The notes beneath the pieces were generated by a model. It was not told the DNA's origin and searched no databases. It saw only the letters and a program-made list of their open reading frames with translations. Of a stretch of 64,000 nucleotides of DNA, positions 41,025 through 50,623 are shown piece after piece. Both the position numbers and the translations under genes were made by a program. Position 1 is the first letter of the stretch. Every line of letters begins with the position of its first letter. The stretch is taken from assembly GCA_048940925.1 (NCBI GenBank), contig JBHLOC010000023.1, forward strand, positions 1-64,000, read 5' to 3'. Source of the stretch: Promethearchaeota archaeon. Lineage in GTDB: Archaea > Asgardarchaeota > Lokiarchaeia > Sigyniarchaeales > SOKP01.

Positions 41025-42275
41025 ATGAATAATCAAAAAATCTATGCACCATTTCAGGAAAAAATTAAAAATCAAAGTAAGGAAATAAAGTCTAAAGTAA
41101 TTTTTTCATTTGAGAATATATCCCAAAGAGATGCTTTTATCTCAAAAAATAAAAAATTAGAGACATTATTTAAATTTAACATTATACCGTCAGTTTGTAT
41201 GAGTTTAAGTAATGATGAAATACGTAAATTTGAAAAAAGTAAAAGCATAAAAAGAATTGAAGAGGATCAAAAACTCCGACTTTCAATATTTAATGTATCT
41301 AAAATACTGGGATTAGATGAATTTAAAGCATCGGAGTTTTCATATACAGGAAAAAATATTAAAATTGGTATAATTGATACTGGAATTACAGGATATTTCC
41401 CTTCAGTAACTAATATTGTTTCCAGACATTATAACCTGAATAAAGAAATAAGACCTAAAAAGGAAATTTCACATGGCACCATTATGGCAAGTTTAATAGG
41501 AAATCAATTTAAAGATTCAGAAGGACATTTCATAGGAATTGCTCCAGATGCGAAAATTTTAGATTTCAACATTTCAAATTCAGAACAACAATATTACTTT
41601 TCTGATGTTTTAAGGGTATTTGATTTAATTATTGAGAAAAATATTAAAGTTGATGTCCTTTTAGTATCTTTGACAACTATCACTCCTTCAGATGGGAAGG
41701 ATATCCTATCTTTAGCATGCAATTTATTAATAGAAAAAGGTATCATAATAGTTTGCCCTGCTGGTAATAATGGTCCACAATATTACACAATTGGGAGCCC
41801 TGGTGCTGCTGAGAATGTCATTACCATAGGAGCTCTTACGGAAAAGGAAAAAATCTCTCATTTCAGTGGAAAAGGACCAAGTTTAGACGGAAGAATAAAA
41901 CCAGATTTTTGCTTACCAGGATCAGAGATTAAAATTCCTTTATCAAAAGAATTAACAATAAAAGTAACAGGGACAAGCGTAGCTGCAGCTTTATGTGTAG
42001 GTATAATTTCTCTTATTAAAGAATATAATCTAAACATTTCTCTTTATGAAATAAAAGAATTACTTGTAAGGACAAGTATAAATCTTAATCAAAATATATA
42101 CTCTCAAGGATTTGGACTTCTAAACGCTGTCAATATCTTTAAAAGTTTGAATGTATTCAATGAAAGAATAATTCCTTATGGTTATTTGATTAAAAAATCC
42201 TTAGGGATTACAATTGAATTTATTATTATAGCAATTATTATATTCTTTATTTTTTACTTTTTTATGTTCATCTAA
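41025..42275 (+). CDS. S8 subtilase with C-terminal TM anchor
   Basis: IIDTG, HGT, AGNNG, GTSVAA; hydrophobic C-terminus. Confidence 0.85.
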   Translation: MNNQKIYAPFQEKIKNQSKEIKSKVIFSFENISQRDAFISKNKKLETLFKFNIIPSVCMSLSNDEIRKFEKSKSIKRIEEDQKLRLSIFNVSKILGLDEFKASEFSYTGKNIKIGIIDTGITGYFPSVTNIVSRHYNLNKEIRPKKEISHGTIMASLIGNQFKDSEGHFIGIAPDAKILDFNISNSEQQYYFSDVLRVFDLIIEKNIKVDVLLVSLTTITPSDGKDILSLACNLLIEKGIIIVCPAGNNGPQYYTIGSPGAAENVITIGALTEKEKISHFSGKGPSLDGRIKPDFCLPGSEIKIPLSKELTIKVTGTSVAAALCVGIISLIKEYNLNISLYEIKELLVRTSINLNQNIYSQGFGLLNAVNIFKSLNVFNERIIPYGYLIKKSLGITIEFIIIAIIIFFIFYFFMFI

Positions 42276-42303
42276 ATTATTTTTATGTAGAGAGGGAATA
42301 CTA

Positions 42304-42816
42304 ATTTTTCCAATATTTCATTTGGCATTACCATTACTTATCACAGAGATTCCTCAAATTAAAAGATTCAGAATAAATAGATTTGCTTTAATAATTGGTT
42401 CCTTATTACCAGATATAATTGATAAACCTATACTCCTACTAGGTCTAGGAAATGGAAGATTTTTCTCCCATAATCTACTTTTCATTATTACAAGTTTTCT
42501 AATTGTATTCTTTTTATCGAAAAGAAATCTTGAGATTTCTATTCCATTTTTAGTAGGAACATCTATTCATCTTATTTTAGATCTTCCTTATGTTCCTTTA
42601 TTTTATCCATTTATTTCTTATGAGTTTATAGTGGTTGAGGAACCTGTTTTATATTGGTTTAATACTCTCTTTACAAATCCAATTGTTCTTTCAACAGAAA
42701 TCATCGGAATTGCCATTCTTATCTTTATATTGATACATAATAAATTGTATCATGTTGAGGATATTAAAAAATATTTAAATGGAAGTTTACAGATAGCCTA
42801 CAAAAACGAGGATTAA
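42304..42816 (+). CDS. YdjM-like membrane metal-dependent hydrolase, probable ATT start at 42304
   Basis: GSLLPDIIDK, RFFSH, HLILD. Upstream in-frame (ATT)FPIFH supplies the family's N-terminal His. Confidence 0.7.
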   Translation: MFPIFHLALPLLITEIPQIKRFRINRFALIIGSLLPDIIDKPILLLGLGNGRFFSHNLLFIITSFLIVFFLSKRNLEISIPFLVGTSIHLILDLPYVPLFYPFISYEFIVVEEPVLYWFNTLFTNPIVLSTEIIGIAILIFILIHNKLYHVEDIKKYLNGSLQIAYKNED

Positions 42817-42918
42817 AAATTTCTTATTGTCCTTTCCATTTTATTATATGAAATTATTAGTTTAATAATTCTAATATGAAATATTTAATACTTAACGTAT
42901 TTATTTTTTATTTGAAAT

Positions 42919-43662
42919 ATGAACCATAATAAGATACTTCACATTACAATAGATCACAGAGAAAACAAGCTTAAAACTATATTAGATAAGAAAAAGGATA
43001 CAATAACTTATGAATCAAAGCAATTAGATGTAGCAGATATAATCATTACTAATGAAGTTGCTATTGAAAGAAAAGAAGGTTTCGATTTTATTTCTTCAAT
43101 TATGGATAACCGATTATTTGATCAGTTATTTCGACTAAAAGAGATTTATGAAACTCCGATTTTAATATTAGAGGGACTAAATGATGAGGTATTCGAAAAC
43201 ACAGGAATGAAGATCTCATCAATTTATGGGGCTCTTTCCTTTATATCTTATAAATTAGGTATTGCTGTTATCCCTACTAGGAACATTGAAGATACTGCGA
43301 TTGTAATAGAAAGGATTGCTAGTAGAGAACAAGGAGGTAAAGATAGTATGCCAATACTATCAAGAAAAGCGCCCAAAGACATGTCTAAAAAAGAAAGACG
43401 CTCCTTTATTATAGAAGGATTGGAAGATATCGGTCCTAAGAAAGCTAAAACATTGATTGAGAGATATAAAACTCCTTATCAAGTATTTAAGGCAATAAGA
43501 CATACAGAGATTTTATATACTAAGACAGGAAATCCTAAGGGAATACAAGGTCCACTAGAGGTTCTTACTGGATTTGGATGGAAATTTGTAGAAAAAAATC
43601 AAAAAATTCTCTTTGGGAAAAAGAAAAAAAGTCCTCAGAAAAAAATCAATGATCAATATTGA
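42919..43662 (+). CDS. Short XPF/ERCC4 endonuclease with HhH
   Basis: IDHRE, ADI, IERK, DFISSIMDNRLFDQ, LEDIGPKKA. Confidence 0.88.
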   Translation: MNHNKILHITIDHRENKLKTILDKKKDTITYESKQLDVADIIITNEVAIERKEGFDFISSIMDNRLFDQLFRLKEIYETPILILEGLNDEVFENTGMKISSIYGALSFISYKLGIAVIPTRNIEDTAIVIERIASREQGGKDSMPILSRKAPKDMSKKERRSFIIEGLEDIGPKKAKTLIERYKTPYQVFKAIRHTEILYTKTGNPKGIQGPLEVLTGFGWKFVEKNQKILFGKKKKSPQKKINDQY

Positions 43663-43754
43663 TTTTATATTTATTTTTCTCAATTATATGGGAGAATAAT
43701 TTAAATTTAGTGCATTTTTAATCTCTATAATTTTACTAAAAAAGTTACCAAATA

Positions 43755-45149
43755 ATGAAAGAAAAAATCATCCAATTAGAAAAAATAATTCGTAACTATA
43801 TGCGAAAATATAAAGTTCCAGGACTTGCTATTAGTATATTTCAAGAAGACCAGACTATTTATTCAAAAGGATTTGGAGCTCGTGATCTCGAGAAATTTCT
43901 CCCAATGACTCCTCATACTCTTATTGGGATTGGGAGCATAACCAAATCTTTAACAGCATTCGGTATTATGAAACTTGTAGAAAGGGGTCTGCTATCTCTA
44001 GAAGATTCTGTGTCGAAATATCTAAATTTTGCTCCTTTCATCAATCATCCTGATATCCAGATACAACATATTTTATCACATTCAAGTGGAGTTCCTGCAG
44101 CTGATGGAGGACTTGCTTCATTGTTTTATACTTTTGGAGATTATAAAAAAATATATCCCGCTACAAATCGTGATGATTTTATTGCCCATCTTGGTGAACC
44201 TGAAGAGTTCATTATTTTCAAACCAGGAGAAAAATTTTATTACAATAATGATATGTTCACATGTTTAGGTTTTATAATAGAGAAATTATCAGGAATTTCA
44301 TATTCTGAATTTATTCGGAAAGAGATCCTCGATCCACTCGAAATGAAGCGTGCTGTGTTTTCAAAAGAAGATTTTGAGAAAGATCCCTTGAATGACATAA
44401 TGACAGGATACATACCTAAGAAGGAAGATGATAAAATGGTACCCGATAAGAAACCTGTTCCACTTTATGAATATCTAAATGCACCTGGAGGATTATATGT
44501 GTCAATGGAAGAAATGGCGCACTATGCTCAATGTTTACTTCAGAAGGGAAATTACAAGGGTGACAAATTGCTTTCTACACAATTATTTGAAGAATTATGG
44601 AATCCAAGAATTACAAGTCCTTACGGATATGGAAAAGATCCAAAGTATTGTCTGGGATGGGTTTACGAGGATAATTATTATCCTAATACTTATTTTCATC
44701 ATGGAGGAGGATTAGGAACCAGTTGCGCAAGTTTCGGTCTTATCCCAGAAAAAAAATTAGGTGTTTCGGTCGGACAAAATTCTTGTACAGGATTAGTTTC
44801 CTCAATTGAACGAGCTGCTTTATCTCTGTTGCTTGATTTAGATCCAATGAATCATGTTGAAGAACTCAAAATAGGTCAAATATTAGATGATATCAGTGGA
44901 GTTTATAAATCATCTCTTGATCTATATGAATTAAAAATATATCTTAAAGGACCTATACTTTTTGCTGATATTGAAGTTGATGATGGGTTTATGAGCTTTC
45001 CTCTAATTCCAAAACAACTGAAAGACCTTTCTTTTACTATCTGTAGTACTTTACCTATGATGAGAGAAGGTATTCGATTCATTAAGGATAAGACAACAAA
45101 ACAAGTGCAATTTGCTACATACGATAGATATCTTTATCGTAAAGCTTAA
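43755..45149 (+). CDS. Serine hydrolase, beta-lactamase family (S12)
   Basis: GSITK (SxxK), LSHSSG, PGEKFYYNN, HGGG. Confidence 0.88.
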   Translation: MKEKIIQLEKIIRNYMRKYKVPGLAISIFQEDQTIYSKGFGARDLEKFLPMTPHTLIGIGSITKSLTAFGIMKLVERGLLSLEDSVSKYLNFAPFINHPDIQIQHILSHSSGVPAADGGLASLFYTFGDYKKIYPATNRDDFIAHLGEPEEFIIFKPGEKFYYNNDMFTCLGFIIEKLSGISYSEFIRKEILDPLEMKRAVFSKEDFEKDPLNDIMTGYIPKKEDDKMVPDKKPVPLYEYLNAPGGLYVSMEEMAHYAQCLLQKGNYKGDKLLSTQLFEELWNPRITSPYGYGKDPKYCLGWVYEDNYYPNTYFHHGGGLGTSCASFGLIPEKKLGVSVGQNSCTGLVSSIERAALSLLLDLDPMNHVEELKIGQILDDISGVYKSSLDLYELKIYLKGPILFADIEVDDGFMSFPLIPKQLKDLSFTICSTLPMMREGIRFIKDKTTKQVQFATYDRYLYRKA

Positions 45150-45517
45150 ATCAGTTTTTTAATTAAAATTTTTCTTAAAAAAATTAGATTCAAATATCAA
45201 CTTTTCTATATATGCTAAAGATTGCAATAATATATATAAATCTCTAGGTAACTTTACTTGTTTTAACCAATTTTACTGAATATCGGATTTCTTAGACAAA
45301 GATTATTCTTCCGATTCTTATAATTTGGAATTCCTGCTACAATTCGTAATATGTTCATTTTAAATTATATTAATTAATTTGAGTTCATATAAACTCAGTA
45401 AGTTATAATTACTTGATTTAGTAATGATAAAAACCAAAAATCAATCCAGACTTAAAAAGTATTAAATACTTCATTCTCATCTCTTTAATTAACAAAAAAT
45501 ATAAGGTAAGATATACA

Positions 45518-47425
45518 ATGATGTCAAAAAGAGAAAGGTTAATAACCTTATTAATAATTGGGCTTTTAATTCCGTCATTGATAAATAAAAACATTAATTT
45601 CAAGGATAATCATAATATTATAAAAACTGAAATAAAAAGCTCAGGAGAATATACTGAATCATTCATTCATATTGATGGAAGCATGCCTGGTAATTGGACA
45701 GCTACAACGAGTTATGATTGGTGTAGCGGTGATGGGTCATGGAGTAATCCTTATGTCATTGAAAATGTAACTATTGATGCAAGCAATTCCCCTACTGAAT
45801 ATGGAATATTTATCGAAAAATCAAATGTCTTCTTCATAATTCAGAACTGCCATGTTTATAATTCTGTTAATTATGGAATCTTATTGGTCGAGGTGAATAA
45901 TTCTAGATTAATTAATAATAATTGTTCTAATAATGATTATGGTGGAATAAGCGTACAAACTGAATGCTCAAATAATACTATTCAGGAAAATATTGCAAAC
46001 GAAAATGGACAATATGGGATATATTTCTATGAAGAATGTATCAATAATACTGTCTCAAGAAATATAGTAAAATATAATGTTGATACAGGGATTTCGCTAC
46101 ATTGGTATATTAATAATTCTATTATTAATGAAAATATCGTAAACAATAACGGCATTCATGGGATAGAAGTGATTGATTGGTGTGGATTTAATACAATTTC
46201 GAACAACATTGTAAAAGATAACGAAGAAGATGGGATAGATTTTCAATATAATTGCAAAAATAACACTGTTTCAGACAATATCATAAACAATAATGATTTA
46301 TATGGAATATATGTATACTCATACTGTGATGACAATATTCTCTTGGAAAATACTCTAACGAATAACTCTGAAGGGTTAAGATTAGATTCTGATTGTGATT
46401 ATAATATTATAACAGGAAATACTATAAGCGATAATATACAATATGGAATATATTCATTTGGTGGGGTAGAGGATTCCTATAATGATTATAATAAAATTAA
46501 CGATAATGTTTTATTTAAGAATAATATTGGAATACATCTTAATCCCACTTCAAATAACAGCACACTTTCTAATAACTTCTTTGTGAGAAACTTAAAACAT
46601 GCGACTGATGATGGAACTGATAACAAGTGGAATTGTACTACAATAGGCAATTATTGGGATAATCATACAAGTCCAGATGCTAATAATGATGGAATAGTAG
46701 ATGAAATATATACATATATAGGTGGTTCTATGGGAAGTATAGATTATTTGCCTATAGCTGAAGACGGTGAACCACAGATCATTATTAATTCTCCATCTGA
46801 GGGAGATGCATTTAGGTTAGTTGCTCCTAACTATAATGTGACAATAACTGATGATTATTTAGATACTATGTGGTACACTCTAGACGGAGGTTTACATAAC
46901 TTCACTTTTACAGATAATGGCAAAATTAATCAATCTGCATGGGAGGGGATAGATGATGACAATATTACATTAAGTTTTTATGCAAGAGATATACCAAGAA
47001 ATATTGGTTATGCTGAGGTTAATATCATAAAAGACACTACAGCTCCAATCATCATTATCAATTCACCTGAGGAAGGAGATAAATTTGGTAAAAATTCACC
47101 ATTATTCAACATAACTGTTTTAGATGATAACATAGAATTGGTATGGTATTCTTTTGATGAGGGCTTGACTAATTATGATATTACTAATAATATTTTCTCT
47201 AATCAAACAGCATGGTCAGAATTGGATGAGGGAGAGATAACTGTTATGTTCTATGCCAGAGATATTGTAGGAAATGAAGTAACTGAGAGTGTGACAATCT
47301 TTAAAAGCATTCCGAGTGGATTAGAACCAGGTATCATAGCAATTATTGTAGTTATTTCCATAATAGGGGGCATTGCGTTAATAGGTGCTGTCTATATTCT
47401 TATGAAAAAAAGAGGAACAACATAA
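45518..47425 (+). CDS. NosD-like right-handed beta-helix surface protein with Ig-like domains and C-terminal TM
   Basis: Signal peptide, GDGSWSNPYVIEN, repeated NNTIxxNxxxxNxxxGI, GNYW, PxIIINSP repeats, TM followed by KKR. Confidence 0.85.
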   Translation: MMSKRERLITLLIIGLLIPSLINKNINFKDNHNIIKTEIKSSGEYTESFIHIDGSMPGNWTATTSYDWCSGDGSWSNPYVIENVTIDASNSPTEYGIFIEKSNVFFIIQNCHVYNSVNYGILLVEVNNSRLINNNCSNNDYGGISVQTECSNNTIQENIANENGQYGIYFYEECINNTVSRNIVKYNVDTGISLHWYINNSIINENIVNNNGIHGIEVIDWCGFNTISNNIVKDNEEDGIDFQYNCKNNTVSDNIINNNDLYGIYVYSYCDDNILLENTLTNNSEGLRLDSDCDYNIITGNTISDNIQYGIYSFGGVEDSYNDYNKINDNVLFKNNIGIHLNPTSNNSTLSNNFFVRNLKHATDDGTDNKWNCTTIGNYWDNHTSPDANNDGIVDEIYTYIGGSMGSIDYLPIAEDGEPQIIINSPSEGDAFRLVAPNYNVTITDDYLDTMWYTLDGGLHNFTFTDNGKINQSAWEGIDDDNITLSFYARDIPRNIGYAEVNIIKDTTAPIIIINSPEEGDKFGKNSPLFNITVLDDNIELVWYSFDEGLTNYDITNNIFSNQTAWSELDEGEITVMFYARDIVGNEVTESVTIFKSIPSGLEPGIIAIIVVISIIGGIALIGAVYILMKKRGTT

Positions 47426-47574
47426 TAATCCTTACTTAAATAGTTTCTTCTTATTTTTTTCTATTTTCTTGAGATTTATCTTAACATTAGTTAAAACCTC
47501 TAATTTCAGAGTGAATATTACTAAATAGTAGTACTAAAATTATTTAAAAAAAATTTAAAAGAAAAAGAAAAAAA

Positions 47575-48834
47575 TTATAAAAGTCTTACATATCTCTGAA
47601 TTTGTCCTTGAATTAAAAGTAATTGTATATTGCGTGCCCCACCTATAACTTCTTCAATTTTACTCACATCTACTAATTCATCAACAGGAGTATTATCTGT
47701 AACTGATACCCCCCCCATATGCTGTTGTACTTCATAACAGATCTCATGAGTAAGCTTAGCAACATAATATTTGCCTTGTGAAGAAATAGCAGCAACCCAC
47801 TTTTCTGCCTCTTTTGAAGGTTCTTCTGTAAACAGAATTTTTTCATCATAAACCTGAGCTGCTTGGAGAGCTAATGCTGTTGCAGCATTAGATTTTGTTA
47901 TTAAGTCTGCTAAGCCGTAGCCCACCCCTTGATATCTAATAACTGGTTTTCCAAATTGTTTTCTCAAATTGGTATAGATAATACCATATATTACCCCTGC
48001 CCAACAGATCCCTATACCACTGCCCATTATTGAGAGTCTCTCAGGAACCAACCCTTCAAATAATCTTTTATATCCAAGCCCATCATCAGCAAGTATATAA
48101 TCTTTAGGTACTTTTACGTTGTCTAGAATAGTGTGTGCTATATGAACGCGAGGTACTGAAGTAATCTTTAGTCGTTCAGTTTTTACACCGAATTCTCGGG
48201 CAATGATTGCCTGCACCATAGTATCACGTGGATTCGATTCATCATAGACACCATAACAACAAAAATAATCGGCGCTTGGACCATTTGTAGTATATACTTT
48301 TTCGCCGTTATATATAACACCATCATCTGTTTTAGTGCATACGGTGGTTAAATTAACTGCGTCTGAACCTCTTTCAGGTTCAGTGATACCTATACATCCT
48401 ATTTTTTGTCCGGATAATAATTCATCTTGGACTTTGAGTGCAGTATCATATTCCCCTCCATATTGGTAATAGTGAAAGGTAGGATTGCCACATAATATTC
48501 CACTTGCTAAACGTGCCAATTCTAACTGTGGATCGAGCATTGAGATATGGGCACCTAATAATATTTCTTTTTTCATTCCAACCGGTTTGAAGTCTCTCCA
48601 TGGATTGATTCGCTGGATATATCCTTCCTTTCCAAGTTCAGGGAGCAAATAATACACATCTCTCGATTTGTCGATTTTAGGGTGCAAATCTAAGCAAAAT
48701 TCTTGAAGTTTGTGGCAATATTCTCGTTCTTCTTCATTTAACATCGGAAAAACATTATCATTGAAGATTTTAAACACATTTTCTAATGACATCTTCTCAA
48801 GGATTTGGTCATTAATAATTTTCTCTTGAAACAT
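47575..48834 (-). CDS. Acyl-CoA dehydrogenase
   Basis: CIGITEPERGSDA, NGEKVYTTNG, RKQFGKP, QHMGG. Confidence 0.9.
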   Translation of the reverse strand: MFQEKIINDQILEKMSLENVFKIFNDNVFPMLNEEEREYCHKLQEFCLDLHPKIDKSRDVYYLLPELGKEGYIQRINPWRDFKPVGMKKEILLGAHISMLDPQLELARLASGILCGNPTFHYYQYGGEYDTALKVQDELLSGQKIGCIGITEPERGSDAVNLTTVCTKTDDGVIYNGEKVYTTNGPSADYFCCYGVYDESNPRDTMVQAIIAREFGVKTERLKITSVPRVHIAHTILDNVKVPKDYILADDGLGYKRLFEGLVPERLSIMGSGIGICWAGVIYGIIYTNLRKQFGKPVIRYQGVGYGLADLITKSNAATALALQAAQVYDEKILFTEEPSKEAEKWVAAISSQGKYYVAKLTHEICYEVQQHMGGVSVTDNTPVDELVDVSKIEEVIGGARNIQLLLIQGQIQRYVRLL

Positions 48835-49012
48835 TTTTTGTCAACTCAAACTTTTTTGTTTATAATTTGAAAGAATTTTTATTAATTAGTCTAAATTATT
48901 TATTCCAATTAAATCTTTAAGATTAAAAGCGGATTAGCTCTGAGGATTTAACGACTAAAGTAAATAAAATAAGTTTTGAATTATTACAAAAAAATAATAA
49001 TTATTAAAAAAA

Positions 49013-49777
49013 TTAATTTTGAGTAGTTACAGTTTCTATAATTTTTCCATCTCGCATCTTCATAATTCTTTCAGCAAGAGCACCAACCATAGGATCGTGA
49101 GTTACCATTAATATTGTTTGATTAAGCTCTCGATTAAGTTCTCGTAATAGCTTAACAATCTCCATACCCATTATTGTGTCTAATTCGCCGGTTGGCTCAT
49201 CAGCAATTAAGATAGAAGGTTCATTACATAGTGCACGTGCGATAGCAACTCTTTGTTGCTCTCCGCCTGAGAGTTCTGAAGGTAGATGATCTTTCTTCTC
49301 TATTAAACCTACAAGTTCTAGAAATTTATTAACATTTCCTTCTATTTCCTCTTTAGGCCTACCCGCAAAAAGCATTGGAAGTTCAGCATTTTCATAAGCT
49401 GAAAGTACTGGTACAAGATTATAAAACTGAAAAATGAATCCTATTTCTTTAAGTCTTAAATTTGTACGTTGTGTATCATCCATATGAGCTATATTTGTTC
49501 TATCTATGTAGACAGCACCAGTTGTAGGATTATCGAGAGCCCCTATCATGTTTAAAAGGGTTGTTTTTCCCGAACCTGATGGTCCCATAACTGAAACAAA
49601 TTCCCCTTTCTTGATATCTATATTGACTCCATCTAGGGCTCTAATTTCAATCCCTTCAGTAATATTATAAATTTTAGTCAAATCAAATGTTTGGATCATA
49701 GCATTAGGATCTAATTCATAGTCTTTTTCTTCAAGAGATATTAACTTTTTTTTTTTACTCTTTTTGGTGTTTCTCAT
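49013..49777 (-). CDS. LolD/MacB-type ABC ATPase
   Basis: GPSGSGKTT, LSGGEQQR, ADEPTGELD, VTH. ATG at 49777 follows GGAGG and avoids overlapping the upstream gene. Confidence 0.9.
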   Translation of the reverse strand: MRNTKKSKKKKLISLEEKDYELDPNAMIQTFDLTKIYNITEGIEIRALDGVNIDIKKGEFVSVMGPSGSGKTTLLNMIGALDNPTTGAVYIDRTNIAHMDDTQRTNLRLKEIGFIFQFYNLVPVLSAYENAELPMLFAGRPKEEIEGNVNKFLELVGLIEKKDHLPSELSGGEQQRVAIARALCNEPSILIADEPTGELDTIMGMEIVKLLRELNRELNQTILMVTHDPMVGALAERIMKMRDGKIIETVTTQN

Positions 49778-49793
49778 CTTTTTTTCCTCCGAT

Positions 49794-50606
49794 TTAACTA
49801 TTATAGATTTCTTCAATTGGTTTTCCACCCTTTTTTTCACCAACAAATTCTCCATCTGTGAGAGTTATAATCCTATCAGCTACCTCAGCTATTCTTCTAT
49901 TATGCGTAACCATTAAAATTGACTCTCCAGCATTTTTTAAGTCAAGGAAAATTTTCATAATACTGGTAGTAGTCTCTGTATCAAGTTCACCTGTAGGTTC
50001 ATCAGCAAGAATAATAAGAGGGTCATTAACTAAAGCTCTTGCTATCGTGACTCTCTGTTGTTCTCCTCCTGACATCTGCGTAGGTAGATGTTCCATTCGT
50101 TCATCAAGCCCAATTCTTTTTAAAAGATTTTTAACTTTTTCTTCTCTTAGTTTAGGATCCTTTTTATCTAACACCATTGGAAGCTCTACGTTCTCGTAAG
50201 CAGTGAGAATTGGAAAAAGATTATAAAATTGAAAAATTAATCCTATTTTTCTCAATCTCATTTTTTTATGTTGTTTGTTGGTCATTTTTGTGACATCAAG
50301 CCCCATTCCCTTAGCATCAACATTATATATGATCTTGCCTGAGTCTGGAAAATCAAGAGCACCTAGACAATTTATTAAAGTGGTTTTTCCTGAACCAGAT
50401 GGCCCTACAATTGCGATAAATTCACCTTTTCTTACCGTTAGATTAACATTTTTAAGTGCTGTAATTGTGGAATTACCTACAGTGTAAGTTTTGATAAGAT
50501 CATGGACATCTAGAACTATATCGGGATCTATCCTAATTGCTCTTGCTGTAGACCTTTGTTCTTTATTCATCCTTATTTTTTTCTTTTTAGTTGAAATTTT
50601 TACCAC
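49794..50606 (-). CDS. LolD/MacB-type ABC ATPase (second copy)
   Basis: GPSGSGKTT, MSGGEQQR, ADEPTGELD, VTH. Confidence 0.9.
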   Translation of the reverse strand: MVKISTKKKKIRMNKEQRSTARAIRIDPDIVLDVHDLIKTYTVGNSTITALKNVNLTVRKGEFIAIVGPSGSGKTTLINCLGALDFPDSGKIIYNVDAKGMGLDVTKMTNKQHKKMRLRKIGLIFQFYNLFPILTAYENVELPMVLDKKDPKLREEKVKNLLKRIGLDERMEHLPTQMSGGEQQRVTIARALVNDPLIILADEPTGELDTETTTSIMKIFLDLKNAGESILMVTHNRRIAEVADRIITLTDGEFVGEKKGGKPIEEIYNS

Positions 50607-50623
50607 CTTTTTTAAATTCTATA

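Noticed and set aside
49778-49855. Longer N-terminus for the downstream ABC ATPase
   Set aside because: It overlaps the upstream gene; the ATG at 49777 has a GGAGG site.
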